Source of the DNA: Callorhinchus milii
Lineage: Eukaryota
Reading direction: 5' to 3'
Assembly: GCF_018977255.1 (NCBI RefSeq)
Contig: NW_024704743.1
Coordinates: 82,090,001 to 82,154,000, forward strand
DNA: 64,000 nt
Shown here: positions 22,246 through 34,153 of the stretch, piece by piece
Position numbering within the stretch: position 1 is the first letter of the stretch
How the letters are laid out: the number at the start of each line of letters is the position of its first letter
Notes under the pieces: model-generated
The model's database searches: none
The model's input: only the letters and a program-made list of their open reading frames with translations
Told to the model about the DNA's origin: nothing
Translations under genes and position numbers: made by a program

Positions 22246-23600
22246 CTGTGGTAAGTAACAAAATGTAGCGTTATGCCATTACCTTCAGATTAATATTTTT
22301 CTCCTATATACTCATGGTTGAGGAAACCAAGAAAAGTATGGGAATAATTAAATGGGTGTAAGAAATGTGTCCACTAATCAAGATGGTCACAACTAGCTCA
22401 TTGCTGTTGATCATGAGAGGTCTGGGGAATCTCACTTCTGAAATATCTGTTACAGCCACTGCTGATTATGATATAGCATTCACTTCCAGGAATTTATTAG
22501 TGTGAGTTCAATCTATCCCGGACAAATAAATAGTAATAATATTACTCGTGATAATCATTACATTTGATATAACTCCTTTCACATTGGGAGGACATCCCAA
22601 AGTCCTTCATGGGGTATATCGTAAAGTTCAATGACTGTGATTTTTTGTAAATGAACTAAAACAAAGCGTAAACTGTAAATACATGCATACAAACTGTATA
22701 TTTTTCATCCTATCAGTATAATAAAGGTGCATTGCTCAGTGTAGAGTAGCTGTAAAGTGTTGTAAAGTTGTAAATGTGATAAATTGCCAGGGAAATCATT
22801 TGCACTCGATGACTTATATTGTATTTCCCATTTGAAAGACAGAATAAAAATAATGCCAATTCTAGCGATCAGTTTAAGATAACCCATAGTATTTGTGGAC
22901 TCTTTCTGTCCTTTTCTCTGAGATCCAAGATAAAATGAGCTTTGGTCATTGGCTTTCGATTCAATTCTCTGCCTGTTTCCTAAGTTTTGATTTCCTGTAA
23001 TCTGGCCAGTGTTGGCTCATAACAATCCTGTCAGTGTTGCTTTTTGGTTGCAGAGTCAGTTTTTGACCCAGTTGCAATTCTGATCTATGAATTATTCCAC
23101 TTATGCTTTCATTTGGATTTCTTCACAGTGCCTTAACTTAACCTTTGTAAACAGCTCCACATTTAATTACCCTGTGACGGCTGCAGTGATTCAGTTGCTT
23201 TCAGAATGATTAGTGAATACCAATACAATTCCCCTCAGAGTTTATGTACTCTATCTTGATGAAGATAAGCGGGAAAAGGATTTAGGAATGATTATTCACT
23301 GCTCTTTGAAAATATCTACACACTGCAGTTTGAGGTGAATAAGACAAAACGAATATTTGGGAAATTCACAGATTCTTTTATGAATACATTGGGGTCTAAA
23401 GCTCAGCAAATTGAAATACAGACTCACACAAATCTCCCTTGATGCAATCTACTTTTATCGCATCCAATGTAATCTCTTTTGCAACAGAGTTCCCCTGAGT
23501 TGATGAGTGTGACGTACTCGGCTAACAAAAGGAGTCGCCACACTGATTCCTTAATCTTTGAAATCACCAAATGGGATTGAGTTAGCTGGAAGAATTTATA

Positions 23601-23825
23601 GGCTAAAGTCCTCTCACAATCTCAATTTTGCTATTTTTCACTTAGCGTTGCACAGTGTAAAGAATTTAAGAAATTCTTAATTACAGACTTCATTTTAGTG
23701 CTGGTTTTCTGCAGGTTCTTTTTACCGACTGCCTCAAACTATCTTCAAAATTAAAAATAAATTTAAGAATTTGTCAAATTCTTCATGCTTGGAAATGCTA
23801 TGAAAATAGCAAAGCTTAGACCCAG
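23601..23825. mobile_element. MITE-like imperfect palindrome
   Basis: 'tttgctatttttca...aagaatttaagaaattcttaa' inverted against 'ttaagaatttgtcaaattctt...tgaaaatagcaaa'. Confidence 0.5.
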
Positions 23826-24156
23826 GTGGGATTTTTTCCCCACTTAATGAGCTAGCTGCAATTTTGTCTAGCAATAAATACATTAAAAAGGGCGTCAGAG
23901 GACATGCAAACAATGATTCACAAAGTTACATCTACTAGGTGTCAAACCAGACTAAGGAAACAATTAAATAATGAGTGGAAACACAATTCAAGATTTTATA
24001 TAGTTATAAAATGACAAATGAAAATTAACTTGGTAAAAACTTGTGGAAATTGCCTGCAGCAACTCACAGAATATTTGTTCTCAGATACCCAATGTTACAT
24101 TTATTAATTTAAATGTAATATATTATAATATCCTGTTACACATTCCACTGATACAT

Positions 24157-24560
24157 GGAGTCCTGGAGCATAGTGTTTAGCGCTCTCGCCTCGCAAACGA
24201 GAGGATCTGGTTTTGATTCGTGGGCAGGGCAAAATGTTAGGCAAGTTTCCTTACTCCACACGCCTGTTTACCTAATGGTAAGTAGGAACCTGGGTTGTTA
24301 GTCGATCGACAGATCGCTTTCCCGGGAGTAATCATCCCTTCAAAACAAATGATAATAATTTGGTCATTCAATCCACAAAGGTTTGTGGGACACTGCTATG
24401 CACAATTGGCTGCCACATTTTGCTCACAAAATATAATTAATTTACATTACAGTATATTCTGTGAAGAGCTTTGAGACACCTAGAAGACATTGTAAGACAA
24501 GGTTTACATGATAAGACCCTATATCAAATGCAAGGATTATTGTTATCATTATTGTTATTA
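24157..24560 (+). mobile_element. tRNA-derived SINE, full-length long form
   Basis: Head, internal segment, shared 3' body and tail all present. Confidence 0.9.
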
Positions 24561-25214
24561 TAAAGTGCTGTATATATTTCTTTCCATCACAAATTCTGCT
24601 GCATTGACTCTACTGTGGGTGAAATGCTCTGAAACGCTACCCCATAAAGGAAAAATGTTGTTGATTTCATTCTCAGCAGTCCTACGTTAATACAAGTCCT
24701 ACACTGTATAAGTTTCTTTCTACCAAAAATAATTATGTTGCATTTATACTGCTGGAAGTGAAGAGACTCTCAACAGTACAGCAATATGATAACGGATGGC
24801 TGATTTATGCGCCCTGCTACGCATCGCATTGCATTGAGCCTATTAAACACCTATTGTCCTAATTCAGACAGTGCTTCCACAGCTTAATACATGAACTCCA
24901 AAATCAAGTGTTAGTCTGTGACATGCATAAAAAACTGTACTTTGGTATTTCTTGGGCACCCAGAAGCTGACATTGATTTACACCGGTTGAATCTGTACTG
25001 CATAAATGTACAGTGAATGGTAGGAATAGGGCTCCAGCAAAATTCACACAGACTCATTTTAGCCTTAACTGTGTTAGAGTAAATTTATTCAGCACATATT
25101 ATGTATTACAAACCCAGCATCAAAGAAGAAAAATAATGACTATTGTTTACTGTATTAAGTGCTAACGTTTGATAACATAAATCATGTTTGTACTACTTCA
25201 TAAACCTCATAAAC

Positions 25215-26712
25215 CCTGTCCATTGGTACTGTTTCCATCCTGTTAAAAATGGCTGTCATCACTCCTATCCTTAAAAAACCCTCCCTCGACCCATCTCTAC
25301 ATCTCCAACCTCCCTTTCGTCTCCAAGGCCCTGGAACAAGTTGTTGTTTCCCAGCTTCGCTCCTTTCTCTCTCGCCACTCCCTTCGCGAACCCCTCCAAT
25401 CAGGTTTCCGTGCCGCCCAAGGCACAGAAATAGCCCTGGTCAAAGTGACAAATGACATTCAGTCCATCTGCGGCCAGAGTTTCCTCTGCCTCATCGTCCT
25501 CCTTGATCTTTCTGCTCCCTTCGACACCATCAACCACTCTATCCTCATCCACTGCCTCTCCTCTCAACTCTACCTTCACAGCTCTGTCCTTGACTGGTTC
25601 AGATCGTACCTCTCACACCGTCTCCACATCATTTCCACAAACGGTTTCTTCTCTAGGTCTCGCACAGGTCTCGTGCAGTGTTCCTCAGAGCTCTATCCTT
25701 GGTCCCCTCCTCTTCAATATCTATATGCTCCCTCTTGGTGACATCATCCACAAACATGGGGTTAACTTCCACATATATGCGGATCACACCCAACTGTACC
25801 CCTCTGCCTCTACCCTTGACTCCAGGACCACTGCTGTCCTGATTGAATATCTGTCAGACATCAAGTCCTGGATGAGAGCTAATTTTCTTCAGATGAACTT
25901 CAACAAGACTGAGGCTCTCCTGAATGGCTCCCGTCAGCGCCTCCACACCTCAGGCCCTGACAGCCTCACCATCCATGGTTGCACACTCCACCTTAATAAG
26001 CCAGTCCGGAACCTTGGCATCTTGTTTGACCTTCAACTATCCTTTCTACCCCACATCCGAACTATGGCCCGCTCTAGCTTGCCCCACCTCGGCAACATCG
26101 CCCATCTCCGCCATTGCCTCACACTGGAGGTCGCCAAAACCCTCATACACATTTTTATTACATCCAGGCTTCACTATGCAAACTGCTTGCTTATCGGCCT
26201 CCCCAACTCCTCCCTCCACAGGCTGCAGATCATCCAGAACTCTGCAGCCCGTGTCCTCTCACACACCAGGCTCCATGACCCTATCAACCCCATCCTCCCC
26301 CAACCTTCAAAGCCCTCCATGGTCTTGCTCTCCCATACCTCTGCAACCTCCTAACCCCCTACCATCCTGCCTGCTCCCTCTTCTCAGCAGGTTCTGGCCT
26401 GCTTCACATTCCCCCGCCTCACTCGCCCCACCATTGGCAGGCAGGCCTTCTGCCACTCTGCCTCCACCCTCTGGTACTCAATCCTGCAGTACCTCCACCT
26501 CACCCCCTCCCTTGCCTCCTTCAAGACCCATCTCCCTCACCCCACCCCTTGCCTCCTCTTCAACTGTGCTTTCGATCACCCTGCTTGCCCCCCTGCCCTC
26601 CACCCTCCCCGATCCCAACCCCCAGCTCGGGTCCAAAACTCTGACTTACTTGGGATGTCTTCCTGACGTGAAAGGTGCTATACAAATGTAATTATGTTGT
26701 TGTTGTTGTTGT
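25215..26712 (+). mobile_element. 5'-truncated L2 LINE (RT to 3' tail), frameshifted
   Basis: ORFs 25445-25741 and 25452-26354: [32 protein letters not shown]; (TTG)n tail. Confidence 0.95.
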
Positions 26713-28009
26713 TCATTGATGCAATAATGGGAACAATATGTTTACTCAATGGTGCTTGGTGTTGAGCATTTGTGGTTTGGGCAAGTAACATAAAGATATT
26801 TGCAAAAAGGAATGATCCAGGCCACTCTCTTATTATTGTACAAGCTCTTTTAAGCCACCTAGCTATTTTAATACTTAAAACAGAAATGCTCATAAATGAT
26901 TTCTTAAGAAATCTAAGTGGTGATTCCATGCATAACTGAAAGTTCATCCCATGCATGATTCCAAATCGAAGGAAGCACGCTCTGAAAATAGATTGAGGTG
27001 AAATGATATTCTTATGAGTCAGAGTCACATACTTCAAGATTTCTGAATTAAGAAATGACTCCCTTCCGGCTTGCTTTATGTCACCCGCCCTACTCACACA
27101 ACCATCGGCATGAAAGGCGCTATATAAATATAAATTTGTATTGTATTATATTGAATAAATACTGCAAAATTGTCCCTATTGTCTCTGCAATATTCAACAT
27201 ACAAAATTAGCTTATCAGTTAGTTTATTGTTTCTTTTCAGTTTTCTTGAAATACTTTTTATAGAAACTGTGAATGATATGCTCTGAGTGTCACGTAGCAG
27301 GGCAATAAAGGCTTGATTGCAAAAATTGTTTCCAGGCTGGGGTCCAGACCTAGAACATTCTGAATACTGTTTGAAAGGGAAAAGCCTGTGTACTGTGGCT
27401 GAGACCATTTCCAGCAGAAGTAAACTTAATTGATTTATTTCTAATACATAGCAGATATGCAATTCCCCCTAGTGGTTTACAATCCTTCTGTTAAAGTGAG
27501 CCCAACTGTTCTGGTCAACATGTGATGGCATCAATACATTTTGGACACCTCAAATGGGAATCGTGTGTGCTGTTTGTGGATTATGTGTGAAAATGTTTTG
27601 CAAGGACTTTACAAAGAAAGAAATAACTTGGATTTTGCTAGCACCTCATCACACTGTAACATCTGAAAGCCCAAAATGTAGTGTGTTTTGTATGCAAATA
27701 CGCAGTACATTACCCCAGCAACGATTCACAAACAGCCATGAAGCGAATGATCAATTGATCTGAAGACTTGTTTGCAAGAACATTGGTAGAAACTCCATTC
27801 ATTTTTCCACTAGTTCATGCTCACGTAAACAGACAAATGGGATTTGGGTTTAACATCTCTTAAAAAACAAAAACATAAAATGTAGCGGGAATTGACTTGT
27901 GCCAAAGGTGCAGTGGTTCCTGGCTGTTCTGACCCTTGTTCTGACCTCCTGCCCCGACTTTTGTAATACATTGCTCACTGGCCTACCCAGTCCCACTATC
28001 CAAAAGTCC

Positions 28010-28212
28010 CTACAATAAGAGGACACATACTCAGGCTCTATAACAAGACAACACATATTAGGCTCTATAATAAGAGGACACAGACCAGGTTCTATGACAA
28101 AAGGACACAGACCAGACTCTATAACAAGGAGATTATAGACCAGGCTCTATATCAAGGGATACATACCCACAATCTACAATAAGAGGACACAGGCCCAGGT
28201 TAACAACAAGGA
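28010..28212 (+). repeat. Minisatellite, about 7.5 units of 27-28 bp
   Basis: Consensus approximately CTATAAYAAGAGGACACAGACCAGGCT. Confidence 0.9.
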
Positions 28213-29205
28213 GCTAAAGTAGAGGAAAAGAAAGAGCTTTGAATGTTAAATACTAATGTTCCAGGTTTGCTGTAAGGAGAGAGATTACACACTGCTTTAT
28301 AGCTTTGTTAATTACAATCTCAGGGTGTGATCATGAATTTCACTGCCCATAGCATAAATAAAAGACACAGTTGTGAAGTGATTCTCATGTGTAAGCTATT
28401 ACAGTAGTTAGCGCCAATACACCACAATTGGGAACTGCTCAGAAGAAGCTGTGGATATTCTGAGCATATGGAGTAAACCAAGGGTTGGTGAAAATAAATG
28501 TGGAGAAATTAGGCATAATCAAAGGGATAGATTTTTATAAAAAATTTGAAAAGGTTTAGGGTACATGGATTTCTGTACAATCACCAATTTGCTGCTCTTT
28601 GATGGGTCTCTGTTCTTCACCCTATATCTGAGCAGAATTATAATAAGGACACAAGTTTATTACAGAGACCACATATCTGTAAGATCAACTGCTTTGAGGA
28701 ACTCAGGCAGAAGGCAGTGGCTCTCTCATGGACTTGGACAATGTGACTGAAATCTACAAAAAAGCTGTGTAGATCTACCACAAGCTGGACTGGGCTGAAG
28801 GCTGGCAGGTGTTTTGCCCACAAAATACACATTCACTACACTTTACAGTATGTTCTGTGAAGCGTTTTGAGACATCGCAAAGATGTGATAAGGCGCTATA
28901 TCAAATGCAAGGATTATTATTATTATAAGGTCAACATTTTCTTTTATTTCCAACCACCTAAACAAATAATATTAATTATCTTTATGTATGGTATAGCGCA
29001 TTTCACATTGGGAAGACATCTCAAACGTTTCATAGTGTACAGTGCCATGGCTGTGTATTTTGTTTGGCAAATGCAGCAGACGATTTGCATGTAGCAATGC
29101 CTCACAGATAGCCATAAAGTGAATGACAAATTTATTTGGAGGGTTGTTGGCAAGGAGACCAGGAGAAACTTACTTCTCTTTTCAAATAATGAAATAATGA
29201 CTCGT

Positions 29206-29527
29206 GGAGTCCTGTAGCTCAGTGGTTAGAGCACTCGCTTTGCAAGTGAGAGACCTGAGTTCAATTCCAGGCAGGGCGAAACCTTGGGCAAGTTTCCTTA
29301 CTCCACACGCCTAATAATAATCCCTCCAAAACCAAAAACAATAATAAATTGGTCATTTTCAATCCACGACTGTTTGTGGGACATTGCTGTGCGCAATTAG
29401 CTGCCGCGTTCGCCCACAAATATACAGTCAATTCACTTTACAGTATATTCTGTGAAGCGCTTTGGGACGTCCTCCCGACGTGAAAAGCGCTATATCAAAT
29501 GCAAGGATTATTATTATTATTATTATA
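29206..29527 (+). mobile_element. Youngest SINE subfamily, short form
   Basis: tRNA-like head with Ala-type TGC in the anticodon position, CpGs retained, L2-matched tail. Confidence 0.95.
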
Positions 29528-29667
29528 AATGGGATCTTTATACACCCACCTGAACAGGCTCAGATGGGACCTTAGTTTAACATCTTATCCAAAGAAAGGC
29601 ACCTCCAACAATGCTTTACCAGCGCAGCATTGGAGAGTCAGCATAGACTATTTGAATCCCAAATTGT

Positions 29668-30027
29668 GGAATCCCGTAGTTATTCATTAGAGCACTCGCC
29701 TCGCAAGTGAGAGGACCAGGGTTCGATTCCTGGGCAGGGCCAAATCTTCAGCAAGTTTCCTTACTCCACACGCTTCTGTGTACCTAGCAGTAAGTAGGAG
29801 CCTGGTTGATAGTTGATTGGCAGATAACTTTTCCAGGGTAATAATCCCTTCAAAAAATAAAAATGTGGTCATTTAATTCACACCTGTATGTGGGACACTG
29901 CTGTACCCAATTGCCAGCCGCATTTCACCCACAAAATTCACGTTACAGTATATTCTGTGAATTACTTTGAGATGACTCAACAATGTGACAAGGTGCTATA
30001 TCAAATAGAAAGATTATTATTATTATA
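29668..30027 (+). mobile_element. tRNA-derived SINE, long form
   Basis: Head 'ggaatcccgtagttattcattagagcactcgcc' through (TTA)n tail. Confidence 0.88.
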
Positions 30028-30497
30028 AATCTCAATGTGGGTTTGAACCCACAACCTTCTGACTCAGAGGGAAGAATGCTACCCACTGAGCCAGCTGACG
30101 CACTTGAGTAATTTGAATAATTCCACTTGGCTGTAGAGGTGGATGCCCAATAAAGCACAAGAGTTCTGAGAACCTCAGTGGTGGAAAATTATGCAATGTG
30201 ACCTTTCCAGAAAGGAGAGACTTGGACAAAGAGAAACTTTTAGCAAAAAATTGGGTCCACTTTACTACAAACAGATGTTTATCCAGACCACAGCTTACAG
30301 CTCCCCTAATGGTTAGCAAACTTTGTAAATGGCTAAACTCCAGTAAAAAGGTTAATTATCTTAACTCTTTCTTTTGCCAGGGATTTGTAAGCTACCGACA
30401 GTATCACTCAAGCTGCATTAAAGCTTATTATTAAAGCTGCAATCCCCCAAAATGTACAGCTTTAATACCATAGAAATGTATGCTTGTTATTTTATAT

Positions 30498-30932
30498 CTC
30501 AATCTGGCTCTCTCATCTCTAAGTAACAAGATTGTGGGTCCAAGCCCCATGTCAGGTCTTCAAACTCATAAACGCGAGGCTGACGCTCCAAATGCACTGC
30601 TGAGGCCACGCTGCATTATCAGAAGTGCCATCGTTCTAAAGAGACATTAAGCTGAGTTGTTTGTCTGTGTCTCAGGTGGACATTAAAGACCCCATGGCAT
30701 TATTTAAAAAGAGAAGGGAGTTTATCCCAATGTGCTGGTAAACAATCCTCCAAATAGAATTGGTTATTTACTCCCTGGCTGTTTGTGGGACATTGTTCTA
30801 TGTAAATTGGCTGCTGCATTTGTGCACAAAATGCACACAGGTATATACCCTTTATAGTATATCTTGCGAAGCGTTTTGAGATGTCTCTATGATGTGATAA
30901 GGTGTTATATCAAATGCAAGAATTATTATTAT
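30498..30932 (+). mobile_element. Deu-domain SINE (SacSINE1/AmnSINE1-like)
   Basis: 'ggctgacgctcca...tctcaggtggacattaaagaccccatggcattattt' matches the Deu core as I recall it; shared SINE tail. Confidence 0.8.
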
Positions 30933-32078
30933 TTCACTTTGCTCAAAGATATTTTGCTCATGTAAGCATCAAATAAGTCAATAGATATCTGTATATTAAA
31001 GCTTGATATCTTAGACATGCATGTATGGTCCAGGATTTATTTACACAGATGTTGGGATTCTACCAAGAACCATTGCTTCAAGAATAAATAGTCGCTCATT
31101 AATGTGGATTTAGAAACAACAAGTCATCCTACTGAATAATTCTTTGAATAATTTAATAGAAACAATCTAGTATAGTTTAGTATAGTTTACTTGGATTTTT
31201 AGATCATTTTATAAAATTGTACAGGTGAGACTTTTAAAGATATTAAAGATTATGGAATAAGGGGTAAATTTGTGAGTTTAAAAACTGGCCTAGCAACACG
31301 AAGGAGAAGGTATGATAAATGAGAAAGTTCCATTTGAATGTCAGTGGTTCAGGTCTGTTCTCTGTCTCCTGCTGTTTACGCTGTACACAAAACCAATGGA
31401 GAAGATCAACTCTTGTAACATTATAACATCTGCTGGTGATACTGAGCTCTAACACCTGGTGAAAAAATATTAGGAGGATAAATAGTATTGTATTCTGCAC
31501 AACAAGTTCTGGAGCAAATAACCGTATGGACCAATTAAGTTCATTGGCCAAGGAGCGAAAGAAGGATTTGAGTGTAGAAAAATGAATGATGTTGGACCAA
31601 AAAACAGTAAACACATGTGCAGAATGATGGAGTGTCCATTAGTAGAATTTCCAGTTAATTGAGTCGAAAACATTTTGACCCCAGTATGAAGCTGAAATCT
31701 ACCTCCATCTTCTGCACTCAACTACAATCTTCCAGAATTGTCCTACCTTGTTCTACTCACCCCAAATGCCCATGTCTTCCATTCTGTTCTCACGCATCTG
31801 TCTGCCAATTTTTCTAGCATCAGGATCCAATGCTGTTCCATCTACACTCAGTGTGAGTAAGAAAATGCAAAGTAATGGACTTAGGAGGCAGCATTGTAAC
31901 AGTTTTTACAGCATAAGTGAAATAGCTCAGTTATTAACTCAGTGGTGCAGCTGCAGTTGACACTCATGGTATTGTGACCTGGGATATCACTACTTCCCCA
32001 GTGTATTCTTTCATTTTCTGCCACTGAAGAGAGAGCAATGCTGAGTCTTTACTTCTGTAACCAACTTATATTGGTATC

Positions 32079-33694
32079 AACAACAACAACAACAAGATTT
32101 CATTTATTGAGTGCCTTTCACGTCGGGAGAACGTCCCAAGGCGCTGGACAGTTGGGTCAGGACCCGAGCAGGGGGGAAATGGTCAGGGTGAGGGGAGGGA
32201 AGGGAGGGAGCGAGGAGGGGGTAGAGAGTCGAGAGGGGAGCTGAAGGCACGGTCAAAGAGAAAGGTCTTGAGACCGGCCTTGAAGGAGGAAAGGGAGGAA
32301 GCAAGGTGAAGGCACTGGGGAATAGAGTTCCAGAGCCTAGGGGCTGAGAGGCTGAAGGCCCGGCCACCGATGGTAGGGCGGTTGGGGCGGGGGATGTAGA
32401 GCAGACCGGAGCCAGAGGAACGGAGGGTACGGGCAGGTAGGTAGGGGGATAGTAGGTCAGAGAGGTAGGAGGGAGCAAGGCCATGAATGGCCTTGTAGGT
32501 GAGGATGAGTATCTTGAATTCGATCCTCTGGGGGATGGGGAGCCAGTGGAGGCGAGCGAGGGTGGGAGTGATGTGTTCCCGAAGCCTGGTGCGGGACAGT
32601 ACACGAGCTGCAGAGTTCTGAATGACCTGCAGCTTGTGGAGGGAGGTGCCGGGAAGGCCGGCGAGGAGAGAGTTCCCATAGTCCAGCCTTGAGGTGATAA
32701 AGGCATGGACCAGAGTTTCAGCAGCGTGAGGGGTGAGGTAGTGCCGTAGTCTGACGATATTCCAGAGGTGATGGAAGGCGGTGCCAGTTGTGGCGCGGAT
32801 ATAAGGAAGAAAGGACAGCTCAGGGTCGAACAGCACACCGAGGTTCCTGACCGGCTTTGAGAGGTGGAGAGTGCAGCCTTGAATGCTGATGCTGTCAGCG
32901 CCTGAGGTGCGGAGGCACTGACGTGAGCCAATCAGGAGGGCCTCAGTTTTACGCACGTTGAGCTGAAGAAAGTTGGCTCTCGTCCAGGACTTGATGTCGG
33001 ACAGACAGGGTGTTAGGACATCGGTGGTCGTGGAGTTGAGGGTAGAGGAGGAATGGTAGAGTTGGGTGTCATCCGAATACATGTGGAAGTTAACCCCATG
33101 TCTGCGGATGATGTCACCAAGGGGGAGCATATAGAGGGTGAAGAGGAGGGGACCGAGGACAGAGCCCTGAGGGACACCGCACGAGACAGTGCGGGGGCTG
33201 GAGGAAAAGCCATTCGTGGAAACAAAGTGAAGATGGTGGGAGAGGTACGACCTAAATCACTCAAGGACAGGGCCTTGAAGGTTTAGGTGGGAGGACAAGT
33301 GGTGGAGGAGGATAGCATGGTCGACCATATCGAATGCCGCCGATAGGTTGAGGAGGACGAGGAGGCAGAGGGAGCCCTGGTCACAGATGGTCAGGATGTC
33401 ATTGGTGACCTTGACCAGGGCGGTTTCTGTGCTATGGGCAGTACGGAAACCCGACTGAAGAGGTTCGAATAATGAATGGGTGGAGAGGAAAGAGCGCAGC
33501 TGGGAGGCGACAACTCGTTCCAGGACCTTGGACAGGAAGGGGAGGTTGGAGATGGGCCGGTAGCTGATAGCTGCGACGCATCAAGGGAGGGTTTTTTCAA
33601 CGTGGGAGTGATGGTGGCAGTTTTTAAGGGAATGGGAACAGAGCCGGAGGAGAGGGACAGGTTGACGATGTCTGTGATATGTGGGGCAAGGAGG
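32079..33694 (-). mobile_element. Young 5'-truncated L2 LINE; ORF2 RT and C-terminus nearly intact
   Basis: ORF 32183-33130 (315 aa: [31 protein letters not shown]); upstream [12 protein letters not shown] and QSGFR..HSTETAL, with a frameshift near 33565 and a TGA near 33258. Confidence 0.97.
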
Positions 33695-33769
33695 TTATAT
33701 AGGAGGGCAATATTATATTGATATTAAATTTAGATATTTGCAGATTTGATATCTGAGATAAACAGAAGA

Positions 33770-34153
33770 AACTTGCAGTTTTTTAGTGTCTTATCTTGTC
33801 AAAACACTTTAAATTACTATACAGCAATTCCTACATTTTTGGAGGAAACAAACATGATAGCAATTTTATGGTTTCACAAACAGTATGGAGGTGAAAGTTC
33901 AAATAATTTGGAAGATCAGGTCACCAAGAGAAATTATCTTCTCCTTTGAATTATGTCATGGGACCTTTAAAGTCCATCTGAATGGGTAGAAGGGACTTCA
34001 GTTTAACATCTCATATGAAGTCAGCACCTCTAGCAATGCTTGAACTCACATTGCATATGTGTTAGTCTGGATCATGAACTTGTACACTTTCTGTGGAGCC
34101 AGAACCCATAATCTCACCCAGAGGCAAGATTGCTACCAACCACGCCAGGTTGA
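33770..34153 (-). mobile_element. Deu-domain SINE, degraded
   Basis: 'catgggacctttaaagtccatctgaa...cagtttaacatctcat' and reverse head near 34120-34153. Confidence 0.75.

Larger units (their letters stand above)
28975..30100 (-). mobile_element. Deu-domain SINE split by two younger SINEs
   Basis: Collinear pieces ~28975-29190, 29528-29660 and 30028-30100 (reverse head 'ccttctgactcagag...ccactgagccagctgac'). Confidence 0.8.

Noticed and set aside
25924..26691. Long Pro/Ser-rich ORFs (also 32104-32931, 46488-46938 and others)
   Set aside because: Alternative frames of C-rich L2 sequence, not host genes.
28010..28212. Regularly spaced ~27-bp repeats as a CRISPR array
   Set aside because: Units are contiguous and degenerate with no unique spacers, no cas genes, and the context is vertebrate.
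29206..29280. tRNA-Ala-like cloverleaf (also at 855, 2562, 24157 and others)
   Set aside because: Always followed by the same SINE body and tail, with an imperfect acceptor stem; these are SINE heads, not tRNA genes.
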